A stretch of DNA of 64,000 nucleotides from Candidatus Pacearchaeota archaeon (GTDB lineage: Archaea > Nanobdellota > Nanobdellia > Pacearchaeales > GW2011-AR1): the NCBI GenBank assembly GCA_040879785.1, contig JBBDJR010000006.1, forward strand, positions 192,410-256,409, written 5' to 3'. Positions within the stretch are counted from its first letter, which is position 1. Every line of letters begins with the position of its first letter. Both the position numbers and the translations under genes were made by a program. Below the pieces are notes generated by a model. The model worked only from the letters and a program-made list of their open reading frames with translations. It did not search any database and was not told the origin of the DNA. Positions 17,564 through 26,896 of the stretch are shown here, piece after piece.

Positions 17564-19141
17564 ATGGAAATTCTAAAAAACATTTCGCCAAGAGAATACC
17601 AAAAGGAAATTTTTGAAACATGCAAAGAAAAAAACTGCCTTGTCGTAATTCCTACTGGCTTGGGAAAAACACTCATAGCTTTGATGTTAACAATTGACAG
17701 AATGAGTAAATTCCCGGGGGAAAAAGTTGTTTTTCTCGCTCCGACAAAACCTCTCGCAGAACAGCACCTTATCTATTTTAAAAAAAACCTCCCCGAACTT
17801 TATGGTGAGATGCAACTATTTACCGGAAGCGTAAACGCAAAATCAAGGCAAAAAATATGGCAGACGGCAGACATTATTTTCTCAACACCTCAATGCGTTG
17901 CAAACGACCTGAAAAAAGGACTTTACTCTCTTGAAGAAGTTTGTCTTCTTATCGAAGACGAAGCCCACAGATGTGTAAGAAATTATGATTATAATTACAC
18001 TGCAAAAAAATATATGGAACAAGCAATAAACCCAAGAATACTCGGACTTACCGCATCTCCGGGAAGTGAAGTTTCAAAAATAAAAGAAATCTGTAAGAAT
18101 CTTTCGATAGAAGAGGTAGAATTAAGAACAAGGGATAGCCCGGATGTAAATCAGTACATTCAGGAACTAAAGTTTGAAAAGATCCTTGTTGACCTTCCTC
18201 CAGAATTTCAAAAAATAAGGAGCGCGCTGCAAAAACTTTTTGATGGACATATAAGCGAATTAAGAAACAGAAAAGTTTTATGGGGTATGCCAAGCAAGAG
18301 CGAACTCATAAAACTCCAAAAAAAGATTATGTTTGACATATCAAGAAAAAATAGAGATTACAATCTTATGCTCGCCTCGAGCGCGTGTGCCACAGCAATA
18401 AAAATCCAACACGCCCTTGAACTCCTTGAAACTCAAACACTATACGGATTCAATAAATACCTAAAAGAAATCTTCAGACAAGCAGCAAAAAAAGAAAACA
18501 AAAGTTCCACCAAGCTCGTTTCAAAACCAGAATTCAATTATTCATTTATTAACTCTAACGAACTTATTGGAAAAAATATTGAACATCCTAAAGTTCTCAG
18601 AATCTCAGAAATAATCAAAGAAGAAAAGGCCAACGACAAAGACATGAAAATAATCATATTCACTCAATTCAGAGACACTGCCCATTTAATCTCGGACAAC
18701 CTAAACGAAATTGAGGGAATTAATTCAAAGGTTTTCATAGGGCAGGCAAAAAAATCTACTTCATCAGGAAAATTATCCGGACTAAGCCAAAAAGAACAAA
18801 AAAAGATAATCGACGAATTTTCCGGGAAAGAAATAAATGTTCTCTGTGCAACTTCGATTGGAGAGGAGGGTCTTGATATTCCCGAAGTCAACACCGTAAT
18901 TTTTTATGAACCTGTTCCCTCGGCAATAAGAGCGATACAAAGAACGGGAAGAACAGCAAGGCTGAAAGAAGGAAAGCTAATCATGATAATCACAAAAGGA
19001 ACAAGAGACGAGGCACATTTTTATGTTTCAAAAGCAAAAGAAAAAAAGATGCACAATGCAATAGATTCAATAAAGAAAACTCTCTCTAACAAACTCCCTG
19101 GAAAAATAAAAAATGATGTCCAAAAGAAAATAGGAGAATAA
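17564..19141 (+). CDS. hef: Hef/FANCM-type SF2 helicase (helicase half of Hef)
   Basis: Motif I is PTGLGKT and motif II is DEAH (LIEDEAHR). There is an inserted helical domain. Motif VI is QRTGRTAR. Confidence 0.85.
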   Translation: MEILKNISPREYQKEIFETCKEKNCLVVIPTGLGKTLIALMLTIDRMSKFPGEKVVFLAPTKPLAEQHLIYFKKNLPELYGEMQLFTGSVNAKSRQKIWQTADIIFSTPQCVANDLKKGLYSLEEVCLLIEDEAHRCVRNYDYNYTAKKYMEQAINPRILGLTASPGSEVSKIKEICKNLSIEEVELRTRDSPDVNQYIQELKFEKILVDLPPEFQKIRSALQKLFDGHISELRNRKVLWGMPSKSELIKLQKKIMFDISRKNRDYNLMLASSACATAIKIQHALELLETQTLYGFNKYLKEIFRQAAKKENKSSTKLVSKPEFNYSFINSNELIGKNIEHPKVLRISEIIKEEKANDKDMKIIIFTQFRDTAHLISDNLNEIEGINSKVFIGQAKKSTSSGKLSGLSQKEQKKIIDEFSGKEINVLCATSIGEEGLDIPEVNTVIFYEPVPSAIRAIQRTGRTARLKEGKLIMIITKGTRDEAHFYVSKAKEKKMHNAIDSIKKTLSNKLPGKIKNDVQKKIGE

Positions 19142-19142
19142 A

Positions 19143-19838
19143 ATGATAAAAGTCAAACCAATCACAGATATATTTTCAAAAAAGAAAGAGAAAAAAACTT
19201 CTATTGAAGAGACTACAATCACAGGGGACTACAGGGAAAAAAATTCACTAGTCATTTCCGAACTTTTCTCACTTGGAATAAAAACAGATTTCAAACAACT
19301 AAAAGTAGCAGACTATCTCGTTAAGGATGTTGCAATAGAAAGAAAAACCGTTTCAGATTTCATTTCTTCTATGATAAACCGCCGACTCCTAAACCAACTT
19401 GAAGAACTCGGACAGTATCCAAACAGATTATTAATCATAGAAGGAATATACGAAAAGGAGCTTTACACTGACTCTGAAGAAAGAACCGGGATGCACCCGA
19501 ATTCGATAAGAGGGTTCCTTCTTTCAATTCTTTTAAAATACAACGTCCCAATAATCTTCACAAAAGATTACAGCGACACCGCAAAATTTATTTCTGTCCT
19601 CGCCAAAAGAAAATCAAAAGAGCTTCCTTTAAACATAAGCAAAAAAACACTTGACAAAAAAGAACGGCTTCAATTTATTCTCGAAGGTTTCCCTGGAATC
19701 GGGCCAAAAACCGCAAAACAACTCTTAAAAAAATTCAGCACACTAAAAGAAATTTTCAATGCATCCGAAGAGGAATTAGAAGAAATCCTCGGGAAAAAAG
19801 CAAGAATAATAAATAAAATAATTAACCAAGAATACTAA
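19143..19838 (+). CDS. XPF/ERCC4-type nuclease with (HhH)2 domain (nuclease half of Hef)
   Basis: The ERCC4 signature is VADYLV...AIERKTVSDF. The C-terminus has GFPGIGPKTAKQLLKKF. The ATG lies 1 nt after the helicase stop. Confidence 0.85.
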   Translation: MIKVKPITDIFSKKKEKKTSIEETTITGDYREKNSLVISELFSLGIKTDFKQLKVADYLVKDVAIERKTVSDFISSMINRRLLNQLEELGQYPNRLLIIEGIYEKELYTDSEERTGMHPNSIRGFLLSILLKYNVPIIFTKDYSDTAKFISVLAKRKSKELPLNISKKTLDKKERLQFILEGFPGIGPKTAKQLLKKFSTLKEIFNASEEELEEILGKKARIINKIINQEY

Positions 19839-19840
19839 TC

Positions 19841-20380
19841 CTAACAATACTCTTCAATAGTCTTGTACTTCGGCCCGTTCTTTCCAAGCACAGATTCTTT
19901 CAATCTAAAACTCTTAACATTAAACCTAATCTTCGGCAAATTAATCTCTTTCAACTTTTCAACAAACTCTTCTTCCCCTCCCGCCTTAACTTCTTTAACA
20001 CGTGCAATAGTCAAATGAGACATAAATCTTTTTTCAGACTTAAATAATCCTGAAAGGGCCTCGTCGACTTTTCTCTGCAACTCTTCACAATTAACCAAAT
20101 GAAGCCAAACAATAATTTTCCTTTTATATTTGCCAGACTTCCTGTTGTCAAAAACTCCTATCTCGTCTGCCTTTGTTTCAAACGAATTAAAATTAACTTC
20201 CTTCAATCTTTTCCCTACCTCTTCAACTTTTTCCTCGCCAACCTCTCCAAGAAATTTCAGTGTTAGATGTAAATTCTCCCTCTCAGTATTCTTGCCTTTA
20301 AACTCCGGAAGACTTTCCTGAATTTTAGAAATCTTTTCTTTAACATCTTCGGGAATATCTATTGAAATAAACGCTCTCAT
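19841..20380 (-). CDS. thpR: 2H phosphoesterase / RNA 2',3'-cyclic phosphodiesterase (LigT-like)
   Basis: Two HxTx motifs are present: LHLTLKFLG and SHLTIARV. Confidence 0.75.
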   Translation of the reverse strand: MRAFISIDIPEDVKEKISKIQESLPEFKGKNTERENLHLTLKFLGEVGEEKVEEVGKRLKEVNFNSFETKADEIGVFDNRKSGKYKRKIIVWLHLVNCEELQRKVDEALSGLFKSEKRFMSHLTIARVKEVKAGGEEEFVEKLKEINLPKIRFNVKSFRLKESVLGKNGPKYKTIEEYC

Positions 20381-20398
20381 AAAAATAAACTATATCTC

Positions 20399-21085
20399 TT
20401 ACCTAAAAAACTTTCTTTTCAATTTTTCTCTTTGCTTTCTCCTCTTTCCTTTTTCAAATGCCTTCCTTCTCTTTTCTCTTTCCCTAAATTCCTTTTTCTT
20501 TTTCCTTTCTGCCCTTCTAAAATCCCTTCCTTCAACCCTATCAAGAACTATCAGAATCGCAAAACCTGCAAGAGCCAAAGCACCAATAACGAAGAACAAC
20601 GCCTTAAAACTAAAATAATCTACAACCTTAGCTCCAAGAAACGCCGAAATAGCAATCCCTATCCCTATGCTTGTGTTCCAAACAGAATATTCAAATCCTT
20701 TATGTCTTTTGTCCATATAAGTTGTAAACAAACTAAACCATGCGGGATATGCCAACGCAGTCCCAAGCCCGTAAACCGCCTGGGCAATAAAAATTGTATT
20801 CACATGGCTCGCCATCAGGTAAATGAACGGAACCAGAATTATCATAAATGTTCCAAAAAGGAGAAGTCTCGTCTGGTGCTTATTCTTATCAATCAGATAT
20901 CTTGAAAGAGGCAACTGCGCAGCAGACCTCACAATCCAGAAAATAGAGACAGCGATTCCTGCAGTAACAAGATTCCCTCCCACGAGATTTTCACTGATGA
21001 ATATCGCAAATATAGGAGCAATAAGTCCAAAACTGCTAATCATCAAAACATCCGAAAGTATCAATAACTTAAGCTTTTTATTCAT
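20399..21085 (-). CDS. Six-TM half-size MFS-like transporter with a polybasic C-terminal tail
   Basis: 228 aa with 6 TM helices and MFS-like loops. The tail is RRAERKKKKEFREREKRRKAFEKGKRRKQREKLKRKFF. Confidence 0.45.
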   Translation of the reverse strand: MNKKLKLLILSDVLMISSFGLIAPIFAIFISENLVGGNLVTAGIAVSIFWIVRSAAQLPLSRYLIDKNKHQTRLLLFGTFMIILVPFIYLMASHVNTIFIAQAVYGLGTALAYPAWFSLFTTYMDKRHKGFEYSVWNTSIGIGIAISAFLGAKVVDYFSFKALFFVIGALALAGFAILIVLDRVEGRDFRRAERKKKKEFREREKRRKAFEKGKRRKQREKLKRKFFR

Positions 21086-21145
21086 TTTCCTCTTTTACAT
21101 GTTTTATTAAGAAGTGTCGCTTATAAGCTTTAGGTTTTAACGGTT

Positions 21146-21964
21146 TCAAACCAATTCTCCTAAAATCTTCGCGCCGAGTTTGACAGTCATTCCTTTAAAA
21201 TCTTCTTTAGGATTTATCTCGACAATATCAACTGCCCTGAGAGCCCTGACTCTGTTAATCCTCTGCAAAAAATAAATAAGTTGTCTGCTTGTAAGTCCTC
21301 CCGGCTCTTTTCCAGATGTTCCTGGAGCATAAGCAGGATCAACAACTCCAATATCAATAGAAAGATAAACTTCTTTTCCTGAAGAGAACTCCATTAAAAT
21401 ATCACAAGAATCATCTATATTCTCAATAATCTGGTTAACCTTCATAATCTTCACTCCTTTTTCTTTAAGAAATGAAATCTCCTCCGCCCTAAAATTCCTT
21501 GCACCAACCAAAAAAATGTTTTCTGATGGAAAACCAGACTCAATCAAACTTCTCAACCATTCCTCGTTTGAGGGAAAATCGCCTTCTTTCTTCTTACAAT
21601 CAGGACGAGAATCAAAAACAATCAGACACGGCTCTTTCTCTGAATCCTTACAATGTTCAAAAAAAGCCCTTGTCAAAGAATAACTTATTGAATGGTCTCC
21701 TCCAAGAAAAATCGTCTTCGGTTTCGTTTCAAACATCTCTAAAGAATTCTTATAAATTAAATCATTTGTCAACTTCAAATCAGAATTATCAAGATGAATC
21801 TCCTCCAAATCAAACAACCTTACATCGATAGGAACTCCCGACTCATTGCTATGAATTTTATTCAAGGCCTCCAATACAGAAACTCCTGCCTTCTCACATC
21901 CTTCCGTTTTTCCCAATCCATTTATTCCCGGAACCCTGACTATGAATGCCATGAAAAAAACCAT
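21146..21964 (-). CDS. Arginase-family hydrolase (agmatinase/arginase-like)
   Basis: Motifs are GGDHSIS and DIGVVDPAYAPGTSG. The start is uncertain: ATG 21964 or 21952, while the track start 21967 is TTG. Confidence 0.7.
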   Translation of the reverse strand: MVFFMAFIVRVPGINGLGKTEGCEKAGVSVLEALNKIHSNESGVPIDVRLFDLEEIHLDNSDLKLTNDLIYKNSLEMFETKPKTIFLGGDHSISYSLTRAFFEHCKDSEKEPCLIVFDSRPDCKKKEGDFPSNEEWLRSLIESGFPSENIFLVGARNFRAEEISFLKEKGVKIMKVNQIIENIDDSCDILMEFSSGKEVYLSIDIGVVDPAYAPGTSGKEPGGLTSRQLIYFLQRINRVRALRAVDIVEINPKEDFKGMTVKLGAKILGELV

Positions 21965-22014
21965 CAAGAGAAGTTTATAAGATTATTTATAGGAATTCTA
22001 ACTCTAAGCTATCC

Positions 22015-24066
22015 TCAAAACCTATTTCTAAACCAACCAAGAATTCTTTGGATAAGTCCTCCGCTTACACACTCTCCGTCAAGACATAAATTACTGTCGC
22101 ACTCAAAATTATTCTCACATTGTTGCCCCTCACCTGACTGAGGAATAAAATCATATCCAAGACCGCAATACTCTTCTCCAGATCGATACCCTATTGGAAC
22201 ACAACTACCTTCTAGCTCACAAGAATTGAGGCAATCCTCAACAGAAACATTTGCAGTAGGCTGCAAATCAGAGGGGTATTTATCTGTGTAAGCTAACATC
22301 AGAGGCAACACAGCTTCCGATTCAAAAAAGTCTCGGGACCCACTCAACAGAACAAGAGAAAGGATTTTATTATCATGCGTCCATACGAAACCCTCTCTAC
22401 CATTAGAAATATAATGCCTGCCCTCATCATCTTCAACAAATATGTTCTCTTCAAGAGATACCCCTTCAACTACAAAAGTCCCTCCGGGACTATACCCTAC
22501 CTGTGCCCCCTCTCCAAATACAGATGAAAGAAAGAATTCTATAAAATCGTCTGAATCTATTTTCTCAGAATACTCTATAATATGTAACCCTACAACGGGA
22601 TAATTCAACTCACTCCAAGAAGGATAACTATATTCTGCAAAATAAAGAGAACAGTGTTCATCTGGGTTAAATCCTCCCACCTGATTAGAACATTCCTCTC
22701 CTTCAGGCAAATATGCTCCTCTCGAGAAAACTCCTTCACCAATATCCTCAGCGATTATTTTATCCTCCGAAACCTCTGGAACAGAGAGTTCTAAATTAAT
22801 CACTGCACTATTTGAGTTTTCAACCTCGCTATTCTCATTTCCGTCTCGAACAATATTTATACTCTCAACACTTACATCCACAAAAGATTCAACAGAATCT
22901 TCTGGAGTAGGAAAGTAAGGCAGATTCCTTGATCCACTTTCATTTAACTCATTCCATCCTTTTGTGATATTTGTTACAGAAAGATCATAATAAAATCTAA
23001 CTCCTCCTATCTCTGTAATTGCTATCAAAGCCTCAGGTCCTACGGGAAATCGGATTATGTCTCCTGTTTTTACCTCGTATTCTCCGTAAGAATCTATGAT
23101 TTTTGTGGAGGAAGGAGCCTCTAATGCTTCTTCCCTAAACAAACTAAAAGTTGCTTTCTTGATGCCACCAACATATTCCTGGAAAACAACGTCGTGGACA
23201 GATAAAACCACGTTTCCATCAGACAATGTTTGACTTTCTCCTGCAGACATATAGTTTGTAAATTCTGGATTAGGCATGTTTAAGGACTCAGGGTCTCTTC
23301 TTACAAAAAATGAGGCTACATCTGAATTCTTACTTGGACTATGTCCAACAAATCTTAATTCAAGAGTATATTTTATATCTCCAAGGCTTATAATCATTGA
23401 CTGCCCTCCTTGCAAAGAATAATTTTCTCCCTCCAATCCGAGACACGCTCCATCATAACATCCATTGGGACATTTATATTCCTCAGTGAAATTAGTTTGA
23501 CTATCTCCACAATATCTTTCAATAAGAGTTTGGTTATCTAAACAATATTCAGGATATGTCATATTTTCCTCGGAATTTTTTACTCCAAGATTTCCTGAAA
23601 CAGATCCTTTAACATAATAATTAATCCCTCCATCGCTATCACTACATATAACCTCTACTCTTTCTTCTTCAACAACGCACTCATAACTCTGTTTTTCAGA
23701 AGTATAATCTCCAACATTCCCTCTATCTTTCCAACCTTCAATAGTTTCCATTTTATACTCTGGAGATGCTGTTACATTTTCTCCATAAAACTTTTCACAA
23801 TATTCAATACGTCCTTCTTCTGTTTCTCCAAGTTCTGCTCCAGAAACCCCGTCAGGGTCAGTATTCCATTCTCCTGATTCAACATCAAAATGCTGGTTAA
23901 CCTTCCCCTGCCAAAATGCAACTCTCGGAGTCAAATCTTCTTCTGGACCATCATCAGTCGCACTTCCGGTTATCCCAAAAAAATCAGAAAACCAACCAGC
24001 AGAAACAATTCCGACAGAAAGAACTAATATAAGCGAGAGTGAAATTAATGCTAAACCCCTTTTCAT
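22015..24066 (-). CDS. Large secreted Cys-containing protein, function unknown
   Basis: N-terminal signal peptide (MKRGLALISLSLILVLSVGIVSA). There are CxDSDGG...YC modules near the N-terminus and a Cys-rich C-terminus (CENNFECDSNLCLDGEC). Confidence 0.5.
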   Translation of the reverse strand: MKRGLALISLSLILVLSVGIVSAGWFSDFFGITGSATDDGPEEDLTPRVAFWQGKVNQHFDVESGEWNTDPDGVSGAELGETEEGRIEYCEKFYGENVTASPEYKMETIEGWKDRGNVGDYTSEKQSYECVVEEERVEVICSDSDGGINYYVKGSVSGNLGVKNSEENMTYPEYCLDNQTLIERYCGDSQTNFTEEYKCPNGCYDGACLGLEGENYSLQGGQSMIISLGDIKYTLELRFVGHSPSKNSDVASFFVRRDPESLNMPNPEFTNYMSAGESQTLSDGNVVLSVHDVVFQEYVGGIKKATFSLFREEALEAPSSTKIIDSYGEYEVKTGDIIRFPVGPEALIAITEIGGVRFYYDLSVTNITKGWNELNESGSRNLPYFPTPEDSVESFVDVSVESINIVRDGNENSEVENSNSAVINLELSVPEVSEDKIIAEDIGEGVFSRGAYLPEGEECSNQVGGFNPDEHCSLYFAEYSYPSWSELNYPVVGLHIIEYSEKIDSDDFIEFFLSSVFGEGAQVGYSPGGTFVVEGVSLEENIFVEDDEGRHYISNGREGFVWTHDNKILSLVLLSGSRDFFESEAVLPLMLAYTDKYPSDLQPTANVSVEDCLNSCELEGSCVPIGYRSGEEYCGLGYDFIPQSGEGQQCENNFECDSNLCLDGECVSGGLIQRILGWFRNRF

Positions 24067-24109
24067 GAAACTACATAGAAATTAGATATATAAGTTTTTT
24101 GGTGATAAA

Positions 24110-25324
24110 TCACGAAGGAACCAGCGCAAAAAAGCTATACTTCTTCGCTGCCTGTTTTGCGACGGCCTTTACATCTTCAAGCTTAACCTTTTTTATGTTT
24201 TTTTCAGTTTCATAAAAATCTTTTGCGTTTCCTTCAATTTCGTGATGTAAAAGATATGCCATCTGTGCCTGAGAATCTTCCATTGAAATCTGCAAATTCC
24301 CAATCATTTCTTCTTTCGCCTGAGCCAGCTCCTTTTCGTCAAGCTCTTTAGAAACTTTCTTCATCTCATCAATAATTATCTTTTTTATATTGTTAACGTT
24401 CTCTTTTTTGGTTCCTGCATAAATAAAACTATGAGCAAAATCTCTTGCAATCTCTGAACCTCCTTTAATCGCATAAGCCAGATTCCTCTTTTCCCTTATC
24501 TCATGGAAAAGTCTTGAAGACATCCCTCCTGCAAGAATAACATTAAGAACTCTCGCGGCATAATTCTTTTCATCTTTTAGAGTTGGAACATGGAACGCAA
24601 AAACAAGGTTTGCCTGGTCTACCCCTTTTCTCTTCTCTGTTTTGGATTTGTTTCTTTTTACTATCCTCTGCCTCGATTTTTTTCCAGACATCTTCCACTT
24701 AAAATCAAAATTCTTTTCCGCAAAATCAACAATCTTCCTAAAGTCAGTATCTCCTACAACACACAAAACCAGATTCTCAGGACGGTAAAATTTTTCAAAC
24801 CTACCTAAAAGTTCTTTCCTCGTCAGAGATTTAAGTGTTTTCTCCGTCCCTATGAGAGGATCTCCAAAAGGCTCTTTGTAAAGTAGTTTTTGCATTTCAT
24901 TAAAAACATAATGAGAAGGAGTGTCTTTATACATATTTATCTCTTCAAGAATAACATTTCTTTCTCTTTCAATATCCTGCTCCATAAAAAGAGGATTTTT
25001 TACAACATCACTCAAAATATCAAAGGCAACGCCGACATGTCTGCTCGGCATCTTGCACCAGAAAGCCGTAACCGTCTCGTCCGTAAAACCATTCAAAACC
25101 CCTCCCTTTTTTTCAATGGCCGAGGCAATCTGCCTAGAGTCTCTGTTTTTAGTTTTTTTGAAAATCATGTGCTCAATAAAATGAGAAATCCCTTTTTCCG
25201 AGGAGGCTTCATCAATTCCTCCCGACCTAACCGCAAACGCCACACTCACAGTAGGAGAATCTCTTTTCTCAAAAACAACAGTCATTCCGTTCTTCAAAAC
25301 TTTACGATAGAATCTTGGCTTCAT
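24110..25324 (-). CDS. M16 (pitrilysin/insulinase) family zinc peptidase
   Basis: The inverted zinc motif HxxEH is present (GISHFIEHMIFK). The length is typical at 404 aa. Confidence 0.8.
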   Translation of the reverse strand: MKPRFYRKVLKNGMTVVFEKRDSPTVSVAFAVRSGGIDEASSEKGISHFIEHMIFKKTKNRDSRQIASAIEKKGGVLNGFTDETVTAFWCKMPSRHVGVAFDILSDVVKNPLFMEQDIERERNVILEEINMYKDTPSHYVFNEMQKLLYKEPFGDPLIGTEKTLKSLTRKELLGRFEKFYRPENLVLCVVGDTDFRKIVDFAEKNFDFKWKMSGKKSRQRIVKRNKSKTEKRKGVDQANLVFAFHVPTLKDEKNYAARVLNVILAGGMSSRLFHEIREKRNLAYAIKGGSEIARDFAHSFIYAGTKKENVNNIKKIIIDEMKKVSKELDEKELAQAKEEMIGNLQISMEDSQAQMAYLLHHEIEGNAKDFYETEKNIKKVKLEDVKAVAKQAAKKYSFFALVPS

Positions 25325-25368
25325 GCGAAGAAAAAATCAGAAGAGTATTTAAGGTTAATCCCAATCAA

Positions 25369-25584
25369 TCACGGGCCTGATTTCAATATCCAAAAAACTA
25401 TCGCAATAATCAAGACAAGAGATACACCTATAATAAATAAGAAAAAATTCTCGTTCAATTCAAAAAAATCAGGCTCAGAAACATCCTCAGATTGCCCTTC
25501 ATATGTAGGCGCTATTTCAAAATAAAGATACAAGTTAGAAAGTATCAACAAGAAAATTACAACAGCCCAAATACCTTTTTTCAT
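25369..25584 (-). CDS. Small membrane protein (2 TM)
   Basis: 71-aa ORF with hydrophobic helices at both ends. Confidence 0.35.
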   Translation of the reverse strand: MKKGIWAVVIFLLILSNLYLYFEIAPTYEGQSEDVSEPDFFELNENFFLFIIGVSLVLIIAIVFWILKSGP

Positions 25585-25615
25585 ATATCATTACAATTAA
25601 CTAAGTATAAAAATC

Positions 25616-26047
25616 TTATCCAACAAAAACAAAATAAGCTACGACTCCAAGCAAAATTAAAATTCCAAGGCCTAAAAGAACCCACATCCACCATTTTGAG
25701 CCTCCTTGTTGTGGCATGGGCTGTCCTGCAACCCCTGGCTGTGTTCCCGGAGCTCCCTGTCCTGGCATCTGACCTTGAGCGCCTTGTTGCGACTGAGGTT
25801 GTCCTGCCTGTCCCTGGGGCATTGAAGATGTTTGTGGTGTCCTTGTCTGAGGAGTTTGTGGCGTTTGCGGAACTTGCGGCTTTTGTGAATTTTGGGTTCC
25901 GGCAGATTGTTGAGTTTGAGAAGCCTGTTGAGATGGTTGTTGCCTCCGAACCTGAGAAGACTTTCTCTGTGTTCCGGACCCTTGTGAAGTTCCTGAAGAC
26001 GAACTGCTTGAAGAACTCATCCCTCTTTTATTATTCTGTTGCGGCAT
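25616..26047 (-). CDS. Q/P/S/G-rich low-complexity protein with a C-terminal TM anchor
   Basis: First ATG is at 26047 (the track start is TTG). TATA aaaatttataata lies about 30 nt upstream. The C-terminus is WWMWVLLGLGILILLGVVAYFVFVG. Confidence 0.4.
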   Translation of the reverse strand: MPQQNNKRGMSSSSSSSSGTSQGSGTQRKSSQVRRQQPSQQASQTQQSAGTQNSQKPQVPQTPQTPQTRTPQTSSMPQGQAGQPQSQQGAQGQMPGQGAPGTQPGVAGQPMPQQGGSKWWMWVLLGLGILILLGVVAYFVFVG

Positions 26048-26086
26048 AAACAAACTAAGAAAAACCCTATTATAAATTTTACTCTT

Positions 26087-26896
26087 TTATCTTTTGCAAA
26101 AAACAACAAACCTCTCGGAGCCAATTTCAAAATCATCAACAACACTAAAATTTTCCTTTATGTAATTAAGAATCCAACCTCTCCCAACCTTAAATCTCTT
26201 CCTCTTATTCATACTTTCCGTCGCGAAACTCAAAACGACTTTTGAAACAAGCGGAGCAATTTCCGAAAGAAGTTTTTTGGAATAATCTCTCTCCAACATT
26301 TCAAGAGAATCCAAGACCTTAAACAAAAAAACAACCTTGTCCTTTTTACTTCCTTTCTCTTTCTTTATTAATTCTTTAACTTTTTCGAGTTCAAACAAAC
26401 TCAAATGGACAGCCTTTCCATCAATTTTTTCTTTTCTGAAATAGTCATTCATCAAATCAACCCACTGGCCGACAGCCTCGGCAGCCACATACCTCACTCT
26501 CCTGGGAAAATAATCATAACTAAATCCGTTAATCCCTGCCCCTAAATCAAGAACAACTTTTTCTTTTTCCAGTATTTTCTTATAAATCTCATCATAAAAA
26601 CCAATCCGTTCTCTAGTTTGGCCACACCTGGACGAACTCGGAACGTCCATACGTTCTCTTGTTGAAAGGTGTTTTCTTAAAATCCATTCAGGACTTTTGT
26701 CTTTAAGACTAAGAAGCTTCCTGCTTCCGAACGCTCCAAAAACCTTATGAAGAAGTTCCCTCGTTAACCTAACTTTTTCTTTATCGCTAACCTGCCGATT
26801 TTCAAAATGTGAAAACGCCAACTCTACATCTTTCGCAGGCAAATGCGAAAAATCCCTTTTCTCAGTAATTTTCCTAATTAATTCCTCTTCGTTCAT
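26087..26896 (-). CDS. ArmA/Rmt/Sgm-family (FmrO) 16S rRNA (guanine1405-N7)-methyltransferase homolog
   Basis: LHKVFGAFGS, HLSTRER and the SAM motif VLDLGAGINGF resemble ArmA (LHQIWGSYYS, HSSTNER, ILDFGCGFNP, recalled from memory). Confidence 0.55.
   Translation of the reverse strand: MNEEELIRKITEKRDFSHLPAKDVELAFSHFENRQVSDKEKVRLTRELLHKVFGAFGSRKLLSLKDKSPEWILRKHLSTRERMDVPSSSRCGQTRERIGFYDEIYKKILEKEKVVLDLGAGINGFSYDYFPRRVRYVAAEAVGQWVDLMNDYFRKEKIDGKAVHLSLFELEKVKELIKKEKGSKKDKVVFLFKVLDSLEMLERDYSKKLLSEIAPLVSKVVLSFATESMNKRKRFKVGRGWILNYIKENFSVVDDFEIGSERFVVFCKR

Noticed and set aside
22015-24066. Calling the 683-aa secreted protein an S-layer or adhesin protein
   Set aside because: A signal peptide and Cys-rich modules are visible, but there is no recognisable S-layer or adhesin domain. 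It is left as unknown.
25492-26049. 185-aa plus-strand ORF overlapping the Q/P-rich gene
   Set aside because: Low-complexity DNA is open in several frames. The minus-strand reading has an ATG with a TATA box about 30 nt upstream and a clean C-terminal TM anchor, so I kept that strand. Coding status of either strand is still only moderate.
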